64,000 nucleotides of DNA. Origin: Adineta vaga. Taxonomy: Eukaryota; Animalia; Rotifera. The stretch is from positions 8,742,001 to 8,806,000 of the forward strand of contig CP075492.1 of NCBI GenBank assembly GCA_021613535.1, given 5' to 3'. Position numbers and translations under genes: made by a program. Positions 11,730 through 23,450 of the stretch are shown one piece after another; position 1 is the stretch's first letter, and every line of letters begins with the position of its first letter. A model generated the notes under the pieces. That model was not told where the DNA came from and searched no databases. It was given only the letters and a program-made list of their open reading frames with translations.

Positions 11730-12850
11730 AATATGAAATCCTATTTCTAGTTGTAGACGAATCTGTTCGTGCTCATTTATTTCTTATTTTCAGTAATAGT
11801 CATTGTAAATCAGTGCATAGAAATTTTGTCACGTTGAGTACCAACATCAAGATATAGAGAATTTATATTCTAGACAAAATTCAGCAAAAAACCAAAGTGT
11901 CGTCTACAGAAATTAACAGTTTTCTTCTTGTTTTTCTCTTCTGCAACATCGAAGACAAAGATTTCTGCGTCAAGAGAACCGCCTACATATCAACATATGG
12001 ATTAAGGAAACTACCGATCAAACTGAGACAGTTACAATCCATAGTTAATGACATAAATTTATATTCTCACACAGAAGTCTGCATTCTGTTCATCAATAAC
12101 ATTGCATCAGGTAATGATTGAAAAGCAAGGGTGATTATACCAACATTAAACAACCAAATATCCAACGACATATTTTTGGATGTGACGTCTGAGCAAAAGA
12201 ATCTCCGAGAAATCGAAAATTATTGCCGTCCATTCTATTCAAGAAATATTAATGAGTTACAAATTCTTAATGGATGTAAACAGCCTTATCGTGAGTTGAC
12301 GGAACAGTTTGGTGGTGGTGTATACATGAATATTTTAGATATCAGATGTTTAATCAAATACTTTAAAATCTTGCGATCTTCGTCAACAATAATGTGAGAG
12401 TTATCGTAAGAAATTTTTGCTTAATTTATCAAGGACAAGATTGATATTTAAGTTATGTAGTATAAAAAAGTACGATTTTCATGTTGTACATCTGTTAGAA
12501 CACGATGAACTAGAGCTTCAATTTACTGTCGTTGAAGTTTTAAATACAAAAGTAGATTGAAATTGAACTTATCCAATCTCGTTCGGTGAATCTGATATAA
12601 AAATACATTTTATTTCTAATGTGATTTGCTTTTTCTAAAGAAAGCTACTGGAAAGCTGCTTGTTGATGCTCCGGGATAACAATAAACAAAAAAACAAAAG
12701 AATTTTTTCATATCTGTCACTCTATTCTCCGCTGACATTATGCAGAGAAATGATCACAGAAAACTAATTCATTATAAATGAAAGATATTTTCGAACAACG
12801 TTCACACTTTAAACAGCAGTTTTATATATGAGAATTCACGAACAATGAAT
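11730..12850 (+). pseudogene. Decayed relic of an ADP-ribosyltransferase(-TPR) family gene related to 17756..20695
   Basis: Fragments in changing frames, colinear with the intact gene: HLFLIFS (vs RIFLIVS), RIYILD (vs SIFIFC), YCRPFYSRNINELQIL (vs QCKQFYRGNHEELQLI), VWWWCIHEYFRYQMFNQIL* (vs IRWYTKQCFIYRLCNKALR), EIELIQSR (vs EELTRFQAN) and SADI (vs FADI). Multiple stops and frameshifts; boundaries approximate. Confidence 0.6.
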
Positions 12851-13978
12851 AACTAATAGAGTCAGTTGTTTATTCATAACTCTATTGAGCTAAACTCATA
12901 AATGATTAAATATCTGAGTAGAGAAAAAAAGAATATCTAGTTTTCAATGTATTGACTCGATCTAAATGTATAACTATATTCATCTTTCGTTGCTATTTAA
13001 GAACATGATGCATATTTAAGGATACAAAGTAGTAGAATTTCTCAACGCATACAAAGAAAATACTATCGACATGGATTTGAAGTACAGAATTTTAATTTTT
13101 GTTTTTTAATTATCCGTTAAGTCCTCAAGAGAATCTAAAATTAGAACAAAAGACTTGAATAAAGAATGAAATACGGAGTTTAATTAGCATGAGTTGAACT
13201 CAAGGGTATCAAATATACAAAATGCTTATTTCTTTCATCTTCTTCTTCTTTTTCTTCTTCATAATATACATTTAATTAACATCTTCTCTTTGTGTGACAG
13301 GCAATAAAATTAATGAGCGAACATGTGTTTAAAGAGAATGCTGATTGATGTCTATCACAAGCTCAAAATGATCAACATTATTAAATAATATGTTTTTCCA
13401 ATATTTCAGTCAACAATACTTTGACCTTGCCGTTCAAGGAAAAATAGAATAGATTAGCACAATAGCGGATGTATGCCATATGATTTGCATTTATATCTGC
13501 TAAACAGTTGATTCGTTAGAAAATGTCTATCATATTTCTGTTTATGTAGATTATCAACATATATTGCAACAAAGACGAATGTGAAATCAGATTTTGTTCA
13601 AGTTATTGTAACCAATCGTTTCCTTGATCTTCCTTTTCTGTCTGATTGCATCTGCATCCTGTTTAAAAAAAGATCGAGTAATCTTATATACATCCTTTAT
13701 GTTATGTAAAAAGAGAGAGAGAGAGAGAAAATCTATTGTTTTTCTTTGACTATTGTATGAATCGGTAACTGCCGTTCACCGGAAAGAACTTACTTTTTTT
13801 TAAAACAAAAGTTCGATTACAAACTAATCTTGTTTATTGTTGAACAATACAAAAAAAAACAAATCTAAAATATTGTGTCATTCTCTAGTTTACATGTGTC
13901 ATGAATAGAAATGTGCAAAGATAATATAGAATAGAGAAATAGTCTAAAAGAATAAAAATCTATTTGTTTAAATACGTT

Positions 13979-14547
13979 TCAAATATTAATAATCATCATT
14001 GTAAGAAATCCTAATATGGAAAGAAAGAAAAACGGCTTCAATTGAATACTTTGATTACATTTCGTAGTCGTACAACATGTGACAGTTTCGAATCGATTTG
14101 ATTGATCACCATCGGGTATATTACAACGTCCTGTTGGTGCTGCACAACCACGACGTATAACCTTATTTTTATCTTCTGATTTCTGGAAGAAAAAATTAAT
14201 CAGTCAATAAATTTTCTTTAATTAAATCAAAATAAACTTACATAACACACATTCACTCCTGCGGCACATGAACGAATATTTGATTCCGATGTTGAAGCAC
14301 AATTTGTACATTCATGACAACTAAATAAATCAGAGACTTGTTTTTGTGGAGGTTCATTATTAGTATTCGCCGTGCGAGAGTCCGATTTTGTTTCAATGGA
14401 AAGATGAACAGTTACATCAGGTTCATTTATGTTATCACCATCAATTGATGGGGGATTACCGTCTTGACAAAAAGCAATGTTTACAAAGACATATCCTACT
14501 AAAAATGTGAAGAGAAAAATTTCATTTCTGTCAAAAACATCTTTCAT
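13979..14547 (-). CDS. Ly6/uPAR three-finger protein, probably GPI-anchored (2 coding exons: 14547-14242, 14182-13979)
   Basis: Signal peptide and ten Cys in the Ly6 pattern (CHECTNC..C..CYK..RGC..C..CCTTTKCN), followed by a hydrophobic C-terminal tail. Confidence 0.85.
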
Positions 14548-15750
14548 TTCTGTAACTTACCAATTAACCCAAGGTACCAACAGGCGAACATACTGTCAAA
14601 AATAAGATAAATGTGAAAGAAAGCTATTTGAATAATGATTTTGTCGGTGGTTTTTCCTTTGAATGAAGTCACGATTTGCCGTCGATAGTCACCGAGTTTT
14701 TTTCTCTTCTCCTTCTTCTGTTTGTGTTTCTGTTTCTCCTCCTCTGCTTCGTCTTCGTCTCTTTCTTTTTGCTTTTTCCGTATATTCTTTTTAGATTTTC
14801 TTAAAAAGAAATAATATAACGATGAAGACGACATCACTAATCGTATAAATATATAACGTGCCTAACCAAAGAAAAGGCAAAGAGAAAATTCCCTCGATAC
14901 TATATTAGCAACTAAACCGGGTTTTTGAAGAAAAATATCGAAGCTTTGTTTTCCCCTTTCTCTCTCTCTCTTCATTTTGTGAATAGAAGCATTCACTTCA
15001 ACCTAACTGAGATGTTTTTTCTATTTATTCAAGGACAATATATTTACACTGATTATCGTTAAGAAAAATCTCTTCCAGTTGATTCATACATACAAGTTAT
15101 TTTTAGAAAGAAAAACTACTTTCAATGCTATTTTCTTATTGTTCAATTCAATCGAACTATTCACTTCAGTGAAATGTAATTGAAAAAGAGCATTGAGCAG
15201 AATAGAGAGCAAACAAAGAAATGATCTCCGGTCTGTCAAAATCGATTAATAGAATAGTAAGACTGTTTTTCTTTGTAAAAAAAAAAGAAAAGCAAAAGAA
15301 TTATTAATAAAACAGAAGAATATAATCTACTTCGGTTTCTATTTAAAAGCATAATTAATTAATTGATGTCTTTGTTATTTCTAATATATATAAATACAGA
15401 TATTCAGAATATCGGATTCCAGCGCCATCATCTAATATTTTTCTCCGTTCAATAATTAACCAATGAAGATTTCTATGACGTGACTCATCATGCAATAAAA
15501 TAGTGTAGGATTGTATTTACGAATACGAACGAATATAAAAATGATTTGTCTCGTCGTCTCGTCTTCTTATCAAGAATCAAGGACATATTTCTAATCTGTT
15601 TCAGCGGATTGAATAGTTGTGGGAAAAAAACACCGTTGTTTATCAAAAAAAAGTTATTTTTGTTTTAGAGTTTACAATACAATTTCATGATCAATAGATT
15701 TACATAATTTTCATTTATTTTCTGTGTGACAACAAAAAAACCAAATCACT

Positions 15751-16979
15751 ATGTCATCAACACATCATCGTCGTGATGTTAGTGCAGCAGCAGGTGCTGG
15801 AACTACCGGTGGTTTACGTGGGGTTATTGCTGGTAGGATGCTTATTAATTCTTATTATTGTTGATATTTTTCTCTTAGGTGGTATTACGGGTGGTATCGA
15901 AATTTGTATCACATTTCCAACGGAATTCGTTAAAACACAATTACAATTAGATGAAGGATCAAGTCGACGTGGTGAAGCACGAAAATATAATGGAGTTATT
16001 GATTGTGTGAAAAAAACTGTAAAATCACGTGGAGTTTCTGGCCTTTATCGTGGTCTTAGCGTACTTCTCTATGGATCAATTCCTAAGAGTGGTGTAAGGT
16101 AAAAACTAAGACGATATTCAATTTCATTTCAAATAGATATAAAACAATTCTGTTTGAAGATTCGGCGCTTTTGAAGAATTGAAAAAATATGCTGTTGATG
16201 AACGTGGTCAATTGAATACGAAAACTCGACTTTTATGTGGTCTAGGCGCTGGTGTAAGTAACTCGAGTTTGTATTCGTTCTTATAAATATCAACGTTCAT
16301 CTTTTAAGGTAGCTGAAGCAATTTTTGCTGTAACACCAATGGAAACTGTAAAAGTTAAATTTATCCATGATCAACGATTAGCTAAACCGAATTATCATGG
16401 ATTCTTTCATGGTGTTCGTCATATTATTCGAACAGAAGGTTGTTTTATTTTTTCTGATTATTTTAATACATTCTATTGGAATGGATTACATTAGGTATTC
16501 GTGGTACTTATCAAGGTTTAACTGCAACAATGCTCAAACAAGGATCGAATCAAGCTATTCGATTCTTTGTCATGGAAACATTGAAAGAAAAATATCGTCA
16601 CTATACATTGAAAGGACCAAATGATCCTGTTCCGATACTTATTACAGGTGTTTTCGGTCTCACCGCTGGCGCAGCTAGTGTTTTTGGTAATACACCACTA
16701 GATGTAGTTAAAACACGTATGCAAAGTCTTGAAGCATCTAAATATAAAAATACATTCGATTGTGCAGTACAAATCATGCGTAACGAGGGGCCATTAGCGT
16801 AAGTGGATTTAAAACAAAGATACTTGTTGATAAAAATGTTTTTTTTCTTCTTCACATTGTGTAGATTTTATAAGGGTACTGTACCCCGACTTGGTCGTGT
16901 TTGTGCTGATGTTGCCATTACATTTATGATCTATGATAAATTTATCGAAGCTTTCAATCGTGTTTGGCCAAACAAATAA
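15751..16979 (+). CDS. SLC25A1: Mitochondrial tricarboxylate (citrate) carrier
   Basis: [71 protein letters not shown] and [12 protein letters not shown] across short introns. Confidence 0.95.
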
Positions 16980-17222
16980 TGTCTTTCAAATTACACTAAA
17001 CGCATACATATCATTATACATCTACCATAGTTTTTTTTTCGCATAGTTACTATCTGTATTTTCTCTGTAACCTTGGTGATTTATTTTCCTAGTACTAGTC
17101 GGGGAACCTTTTGATTTTTAATCTTCAAACAAAAACTAAAAAAAACAGTATTCTTAAACGTTGTATTATAGGTAAAACATTATTTATTTATAGATTATTA
17201 AATAAAATTTTCAAGAAAACAA

Positions 17223-17730
17223 ATGTCGGACAAAAAACCAGATCTCACTCATCCAGGTAAAAAGAAAAGTAATCTTTCTATGAACGAAAACCAATGCATT
17301 ATCATACTATCACGCATAAATTCATACGATAGTTTTCATATGTTTCTTCTCACTCTTGAGACGAAATTTCTCTCTGAAGAAACCTATGCATGTTTACATA
17401 TAAAATTTTTTTTTTCTTTATTATGGGAATAGTTGGTTATAATCCTGGACAACAACATCTGGGGAAATCAAAAATCGACTCTCATGAAGATGGTTTACCA
17501 CCACAAGCTGGAACACATGGTCAACCAGATAGTCATATCGGTGGTCAAAGTGGACCTGAAATTTTAGGTGGTACGTTTCGTCGAAGAGAGAGAGAAAGAG
17601 AAAACAGAAGATTCAATTAAATTATTAATCTATTCTTGTTTTATTATTCAAAGGATCTGCAAGTACACGTGTTGTTGGTCAATCTGTTGATGAACAATTG
17701 AAAAATCCATTACCACCTAAGAATGATTAA
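17223..17730 (+). CDS. Small (82 aa) Gly/Gln/Pro/His-rich hydrophilic orphan protein, 3 exons (17223-17256, 17433-17570, 17654-17730)
   Basis: GT-AG phase-1 junctions join to MSDKKPDLTHPVGYNPGQQHLGKSKIDSHEDGLPPQAGTHGQPDSHIGGQSGPEILGGSASTRVVGQSVDEQLKNPLPPKND*. Codon style matches neighbouring genes. Confidence 0.75.
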
Positions 17731-17755
17731 TGAAATCTTTTTTTTAAATCTGTCT

Positions 17756-20695
17756 TCAATTAGTATGATAACCAAGCAACATTGTAATCTGGCTTTCTAA
17801 TTTTAATGTTTGTTCAAGATGTGGATGATTTGAGGGAAAGATTTTTTTTTGAATATCAAGCGTTTTCTTAATCTCTTTGTATGCTCTTTCATAATCTTTT
17901 TGATCAATATGAATGACAGCAAGATTATAATGAGATATGGCGACATCAGGATGATCCATTGATAAAGATTCTTGTCGAATTTTTAAGGCAGCTCTATAAT
18001 TTTCGAATGCTTGTTGAATTTCATGAAGATTACCCTGTGAACGATGTGCTAAAGTTTGATAGATACGGCCTAAATTTGTGAGACTTGTTGCAATATCTGG
18101 ATGAGTTGAAGGTAAAGATTTCATACGTATATTATACGCTTTTTCTTGATATTTAAGTGCTCGATGAAGATCACCAGTATCTGTATAGAGACAACCAATA
18201 TTATTATATAACCAAGCTAAATCAAGTTCATTCTTTGGTGGTGCATGTTTTAGTATTGCTTGTGTACGTTTATAGTAGTCTAATGCATGTTCATATTCAT
18301 TTTGTTGATGATAGATCAATCCAATAGACATTAATAATCTTGATAGAAGATCTTCTTCGCAATTTTCACTTTTATCTAAACCTTTGAGATAATAATCTAA
18401 TGCGCGTTTACTATTCCCTGTTTTTTGGTAAATATTTCCAATTTTGAAATAAATTTGAACAACTTTATATCCATATTCTAAGCTTTCTTTATAATATTTT
18501 AATGCTTGTTCAATATCACCTTTTGTCTCATATACCGTACCGATATTAATCAATATATCTGAAATTTCTCCTTGATATTCACTTGATTTATTTTGTTTGT
18601 AACATTCCAATGCTTTGAAATGATATTCAATCGCTTGATCATAATTGTTTTCATCGGTAAATAAAAATGCCATATTATTATAACACACAGGAATATTCAT
18701 TTTTTTCTCCGGATTTTTTTCATAGATAGCTAATGATCGTTCGAATAAACTAGTTGCTCGTTTATATTCATGCATCCTGTGATAGATCATTGCCAGATTA
18801 TTCGAACTATCACCAATATCAGGATGATCGTTTGGTAGAACTTTTTCACGGATATGAAATGATTTCAAACAATAATTCAATGCTTGTTGATAATCTTTTA
18901 TATCATAATAAACTAAACCAATACTATTGTAATTCATCGCCTTTAATTGATGATCAATTGTTAGAAGATTTTCTTCGTATAATTTCATCGCACGAAATAA
19001 ATATTTCAAAGCATTATCATAATCATGTTTTTGACTATAAACAAATCCGATTGCATTATTTGTATTGGCGACAAGTATTTTATCAATATCCGAATGTTTA
19101 TCATAGATTTTTATAGAATCAAATAAATAATCAAATGCAAGATCATACTTTTTCTCTTTCATATAAATCAATGCTAGATTATTTAATGTTCGAGCAAAAT
19201 CGATTTCATTTCGTGGTGTTTGATGACATTGTAAATGATAAACAATTTTAAAATCTTTTAAAGCATCATTATATAAACCTTTGAGATATTTTACACGACC
19301 AATATTCGTATAAATAGATATATCATCATCAACTGTTTTTGAAACAAGTAAATTTTCGAAATATAATTGTGCTTGATCATATTGACCCATTTCTGTTAAT
19401 AATAAACCAAATATAAGAAAAATATTACCCTTTTCCATTTCACGTCGATTTGCTTCGATATAGGTTTCGACAACTTGACGAGCTTCATCCGATAGATTCA
19501 TATTTATAATCCAAACTTCTTTCGAATCATCATAATAAACTTGATTGATTTTAAATGCACAATCAATATCAAAGAGAATTTCTTCTTCATCAGGATAGAC
19601 ACTTAGTGAAGATATATCAGCAAAGATCGCATGATTATGACGTGTATCAGCTTCAATTACGAATAATGTTGGTAGAACATCAACAGTACGTTTCGATTTT
19701 TTTACTGCAAACTGTAGAGCAAGATCATAATTTTGACTTGTAGATAAAAATCCATTTGTCGATATTAATGAACCAATATTTGCTTGAAATCGTGTTAATT
19801 CTTCTTTGGTTAATTTCAAACCACGATATAATTTAACAATTGGATTTGCTTTACGTTGTATTCGATAGGATTCATATTCCATTGCTAAACGTTTACATAG
19901 ATCTTGAATATAATAACGAAAAATATATAATAATTCGATGTCTTCTGTTCGTAAAGCTTTATTACATAGACGATAGATAAAACATTGTTTTGTATACCAA
20001 CGAATTGTATCTGATTCTGTATAAGTTTCTTCGAATTCTTTAATCAATTGTAATTCTTCATGATTTCCACGATAGAATTGTTTACATTGTTCGATCATTT
20101 CATATTTTGCTTGTTCACTTTTCGGCATTTGAAGAAGAACATCTTTAACTATTTGAAACCAGAGAAACGAAGCAGATTCACTCGATAGATCTCGTGTTGG
20201 CTTTTGTTTTTCATATAAACTAAATGTAGCTAATTGTTTACGTAGAACATTTAATTCTTCACGAATTGATCGAATCAATTGATCTTCTTGATCGAAAACA
20301 TCAACTAATTTTGCATAAAATTTTGTTTGAAGAAATTCTTCTTTATATTTCCGTATATTCATACAAAATATAAATATCGAATCGACTTGTATCAAATCAT
20401 GTATTTGTTGAATACATTGATCAGCGTAAGAACCTGAAACAATGAGAAAGATTCGTTCACTAGTAATCGAACGAATATAGGCAATACATGGTTCAATTTC
20501 TGTATATAAAAGAACATAATTTGTTATTTCACGTAATGTTGTACGAGTTGCATCGATTGTTTTATCAAGCCAAATCAATGTTACATCTTCTTTATTGGAA
20601 ATTGGAGATCCATCGGAAGTTGTAACAGCAGTAAAATTTGAAATTCGAACTGATTTATTTGATGACGATGTTGTCGTGCTAGGATTATTACCCAT
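17756..20695 (-). CDS. Intronless ADP-ribosyltransferase (R-S-E clade) domain plus TPR-repeat protein, 979 aa
   Basis: ATG at 20695 (MGNNPS). N-terminal alpha/beta domain (LIWLD..IFLIVSG..IFIFC), ART motifs KLYRGL, GFLSTS and PDEEEILF, then about a dozen ~42-aa TPRs (e.g. HPDIATSLTNLGRIY). Confidence 0.92.
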   Translation of the reverse strand: MGNNPSTTTSSSNKSVRISNFTAVTTSDGSPISNKEDVTLIWLDKTIDATRTTLREITNYVLLYTEIEPCIAYIRSITSERIFLIVSGSYADQCIQQIHDLIQVDSIFIFCMNIRKYKEEFLQTKFYAKLVDVFDQEDQLIRSIREELNVLRKQLATFSLYEKQKPTRDLSSESASFLWFQIVKDVLLQMPKSEQAKYEMIEQCKQFYRGNHEELQLIKEFEETYTESDTIRWYTKQCFIYRLCNKALRTEDIELLYIFRYYIQDLCKRLAMEYESYRIQRKANPIVKLYRGLKLTKEELTRFQANIGSLISTNGFLSTSQNYDLALQFAVKKSKRTVDVLPTLFVIEADTRHNHAIFADISSLSVYPDEEEILFDIDCAFKINQVYYDDSKEVWIINMNLSDEARQVVETYIEANRREMEKGNIFLIFGLLLTEMGQYDQAQLYFENLLVSKTVDDDISIYTNIGRVKYLKGLYNDALKDFKIVYHLQCHQTPRNEIDFARTLNNLALIYMKEKKYDLAFDYLFDSIKIYDKHSDIDKILVANTNNAIGFVYSQKHDYDNALKYLFRAMKLYEENLLTIDHQLKAMNYNSIGLVYYDIKDYQQALNYCLKSFHIREKVLPNDHPDIGDSSNNLAMIYHRMHEYKRATSLFERSLAIYEKNPEKKMNIPVCYNNMAFLFTDENNYDQAIEYHFKALECYKQNKSSEYQGEISDILINIGTVYETKGDIEQALKYYKESLEYGYKVVQIYFKIGNIYQKTGNSKRALDYYLKGLDKSENCEEDLLSRLLMSIGLIYHQQNEYEHALDYYKRTQAILKHAPPKNELDLAWLYNNIGCLYTDTGDLHRALKYQEKAYNIRMKSLPSTHPDIATSLTNLGRIYQTLAHRSQGNLHEIQQAFENYRAALKIRQESLSMDHPDVAISHYNLAVIHIDQKDYERAYKEIKKTLDIQKKIFPSNHPHLEQTLKLESQITMLLGYHTN

Positions 20696-21299
20696 CAATT
20701 ATATTATTGCATGACATGTATATATATTATATGATGATGAAAAAAACAAAGACTAGCTCTTTCAAGGTAGATCATTTGTTTTTATACTCTATTCGTTTTT
20801 TCTCTTTTTCTGACTACCTCAAAAACATATTTCATGCGTCATCAATCGATCGACGTCATATTATGTATATATCTAATTAGAAGAAAGTTGACCAAATAAA
20901 AATTTCGTAGATAAGAATGAGTGTTTATCGTTGACTATGATACAATTTTGTAGGAGTTGATGTTATCAATCAGGCAATCTGAATGTTAAGCTTTGAGAAA
21001 GTTGATCACGAAAGAATATTTTATACGAATGAAAAACATATCGAGGGAGATAGAGAGAAATCTTGGAAAAAAATTCTTGTATAGAATTGAAAGAAAATTT
21101 CTGTAAATATAGTTGTTTCTGTCAGTGCTGATTTTATTAAATATTGTTGAATAAAAATCAAAAAATGATTAAATGATGATAAAATTCTTCTACCAATTAC
21201 TGTAGAATCGTTTCATGCCACGTTTTAATATTTCTCGATCTTCTCTACATATATAAAACACGAAATAATTCAATCATCTCAATAAATCTTTTCATTTTT

Positions 21300-21641
21300 T
21301 TACTTTGTTGTATTTGATCTTGCATTCATTTCACGTAGAACTAAAAACACAACAAAATTATATCTTTCAATACGAAGATTTAATAAAATCAATCTTACAA
21401 TCACATAATCGTGATTTTCGAAACATGCAGATACTTATATAATCGATATTTCTGAATGATGTTTTCTGATGATCAGTTGATTTTGGTAATGTATTTCGAC
21501 ATTGAACTACATCTATATAGAAATAAAATACATATTTTCTTCTTATTGAAGTGTATGGAGTGAAACTAATTGATACTTACTAACAGAAAGGAGTAAGAAT
21601 ACAACAGGAAGTAGTAATAAATATCGGAAGAAGTCTTGCAT
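21300..21641 (-). CDS. Small secreted peptide precursor (69 aa), 3 exons (21641-21581, 21506-21399, 21340-21300); absent from the ORF track
   Basis: Two GTAAG...TAG introns (74 and 58 bp) in matching phase give MQDFFRYLLLLPVVFLLLSVIQC-RNTLPKSTDHQKTSFRNIDYISICMFRKSRLCDFLREMNARSNTTK*. Confidence 0.75.
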
Positions 21642-23450
21642 ATTTTGTAATCTACAACATAGATCTCTTATTGAAAACAATTGTAGATTCAAAAGAGAAA
21701 GTTTGTTTATATAGATGAGTTGATCGGATTATTAGAATAACAAACAAAATCTTACCTACTCATGTATGATTCGTCAAGAATTTTGTATCGAAATGAAAAT
21801 AAGAGTGGTTGTATTGTCAATTACCTATCTCATTGATTGCATGTTAACAAAGTCGGTATATTCATGCAAGAAAAAGTCTGCTCTGAATTACCTTTCTCTC
21901 AGTACAAACTAATTAACTTATTACTTTATTTCTGACATATACATTACTTGATTTACAGGAAAAAAATGACAGTAAACGATATGAAACATTCAAGCAATCA
22001 ATACATGTTCATTTACAAGTCTGAAAGCGTGTATCTAAAAAGTTAAATGAGTAAAAATATGTCTTGAAGTCTAATCAAGCACTTCGTACTATTAACAGTA
22101 GAGTATAGTTTACTATTGTTGATTGTTGGTTGGTATTGTTCCAGCTCGCAAATGAAAGTTATTCATCTGCTATTCTCTATGAAAGTCAAGAACGATCGCC
22201 TCAAGCATTATTTATTATCCTTATCGCATTTTCTATTAAGAATTTATCGATTATTATTGAGAAGAAAGAGTCCAGCTTCTTCGGTACACGTTATAACATC
22301 AAAATCATATAAAAGCATGTGAGGATTCCATTCAGTTATATAACTGGTGCTATATAATTCGAAAGAAAACGTTTTTTATTCAAGTTAAGTCGTAAAATAT
22401 AATCTTAAGAATAAGATTCATTTATTACAGTGTGGATTCGTTAACATAATTTTTGCAAATTAGATCTCTTAACTATCTCCATACTGATTTGGCTTGACTA
22501 TACCATTACGATCGATTCAGCAAGGTCGAGAGTCCGTGATTTTATCACCGTAAATAGTAGAATTAGAAATCTAGTGCTTTTTCGAATATTACTCTTATGA
22601 ACTTTGGGGGTAAATGGATGAACAGATATACGACAATTAGTCTTCAATTGCTCATCTAGATTCAAATTGATCGAGGAAATTGTAATTTTTTCCTTCAATA
22701 CATTAACAATTTATTTCTTTCGTACAACTATCAACTTTTGGTAATGAATGTTTTTGATGAATCTGAATTTCTTCCATTCAATCGAAAAATAAATGTGTTG
22801 TATAGTTCATGATGACATGTGTCATTTCTTATTCAAAGAAGTTATATGAGATCAACAAAAGGCAATAGGAAAAATAATCTTTGATCAAATAAACCATTGA
22901 CAACATTACTATCTTATTTAACATAACAAGACAAAAGATGGACATGTAATGGTATCAAATCACTCGGCCTTCTTTCTGCGTTGTTCTTTATGGATATAGA
23001 TATATAAATCTATCTTTCAAGCTCATTTTCCTATTATGACAAAAGAAAACGAGACATTGTCGTTCGATCGAACTGTCTTCTAATCAAAAAGGCAAATCAT
23101 TTCGCTTCAATGACAACTGGAATATAAACGAGGGAAAGAGAGAAACAAATGTTAATTATTGACAACATCTAATCTGAGTGAGAATACATTTTTTTCAAAC
23201 AGAAAAAAAATGAGAAATTCATCTCGTTTGACTTACTGATAATAAATAAGAAAGAGAGAAAGAGAGAATATATGAATAGATATGACGAATTTTCATTTAT
23301 TCGGCTTCTTGAAAAAAGAAAACTAGACAAGAAGTACAATAACAACGTTCATATTACTATCTAACTTTGAAAACAAGTCTTCTCCTGTTAGCAATCATAC
23401 AGACCGTTAACATCGGTTCAGTTATTGCCAGTGCTTGTCGTCGGCATACA

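Noticed and set aside
14544-14837. Lys/Glu-rich 97-aa ORF overlapping the Ly6 start
   Set aside because: Low-complexity 5' flank or UTR sequence with no domain signal.
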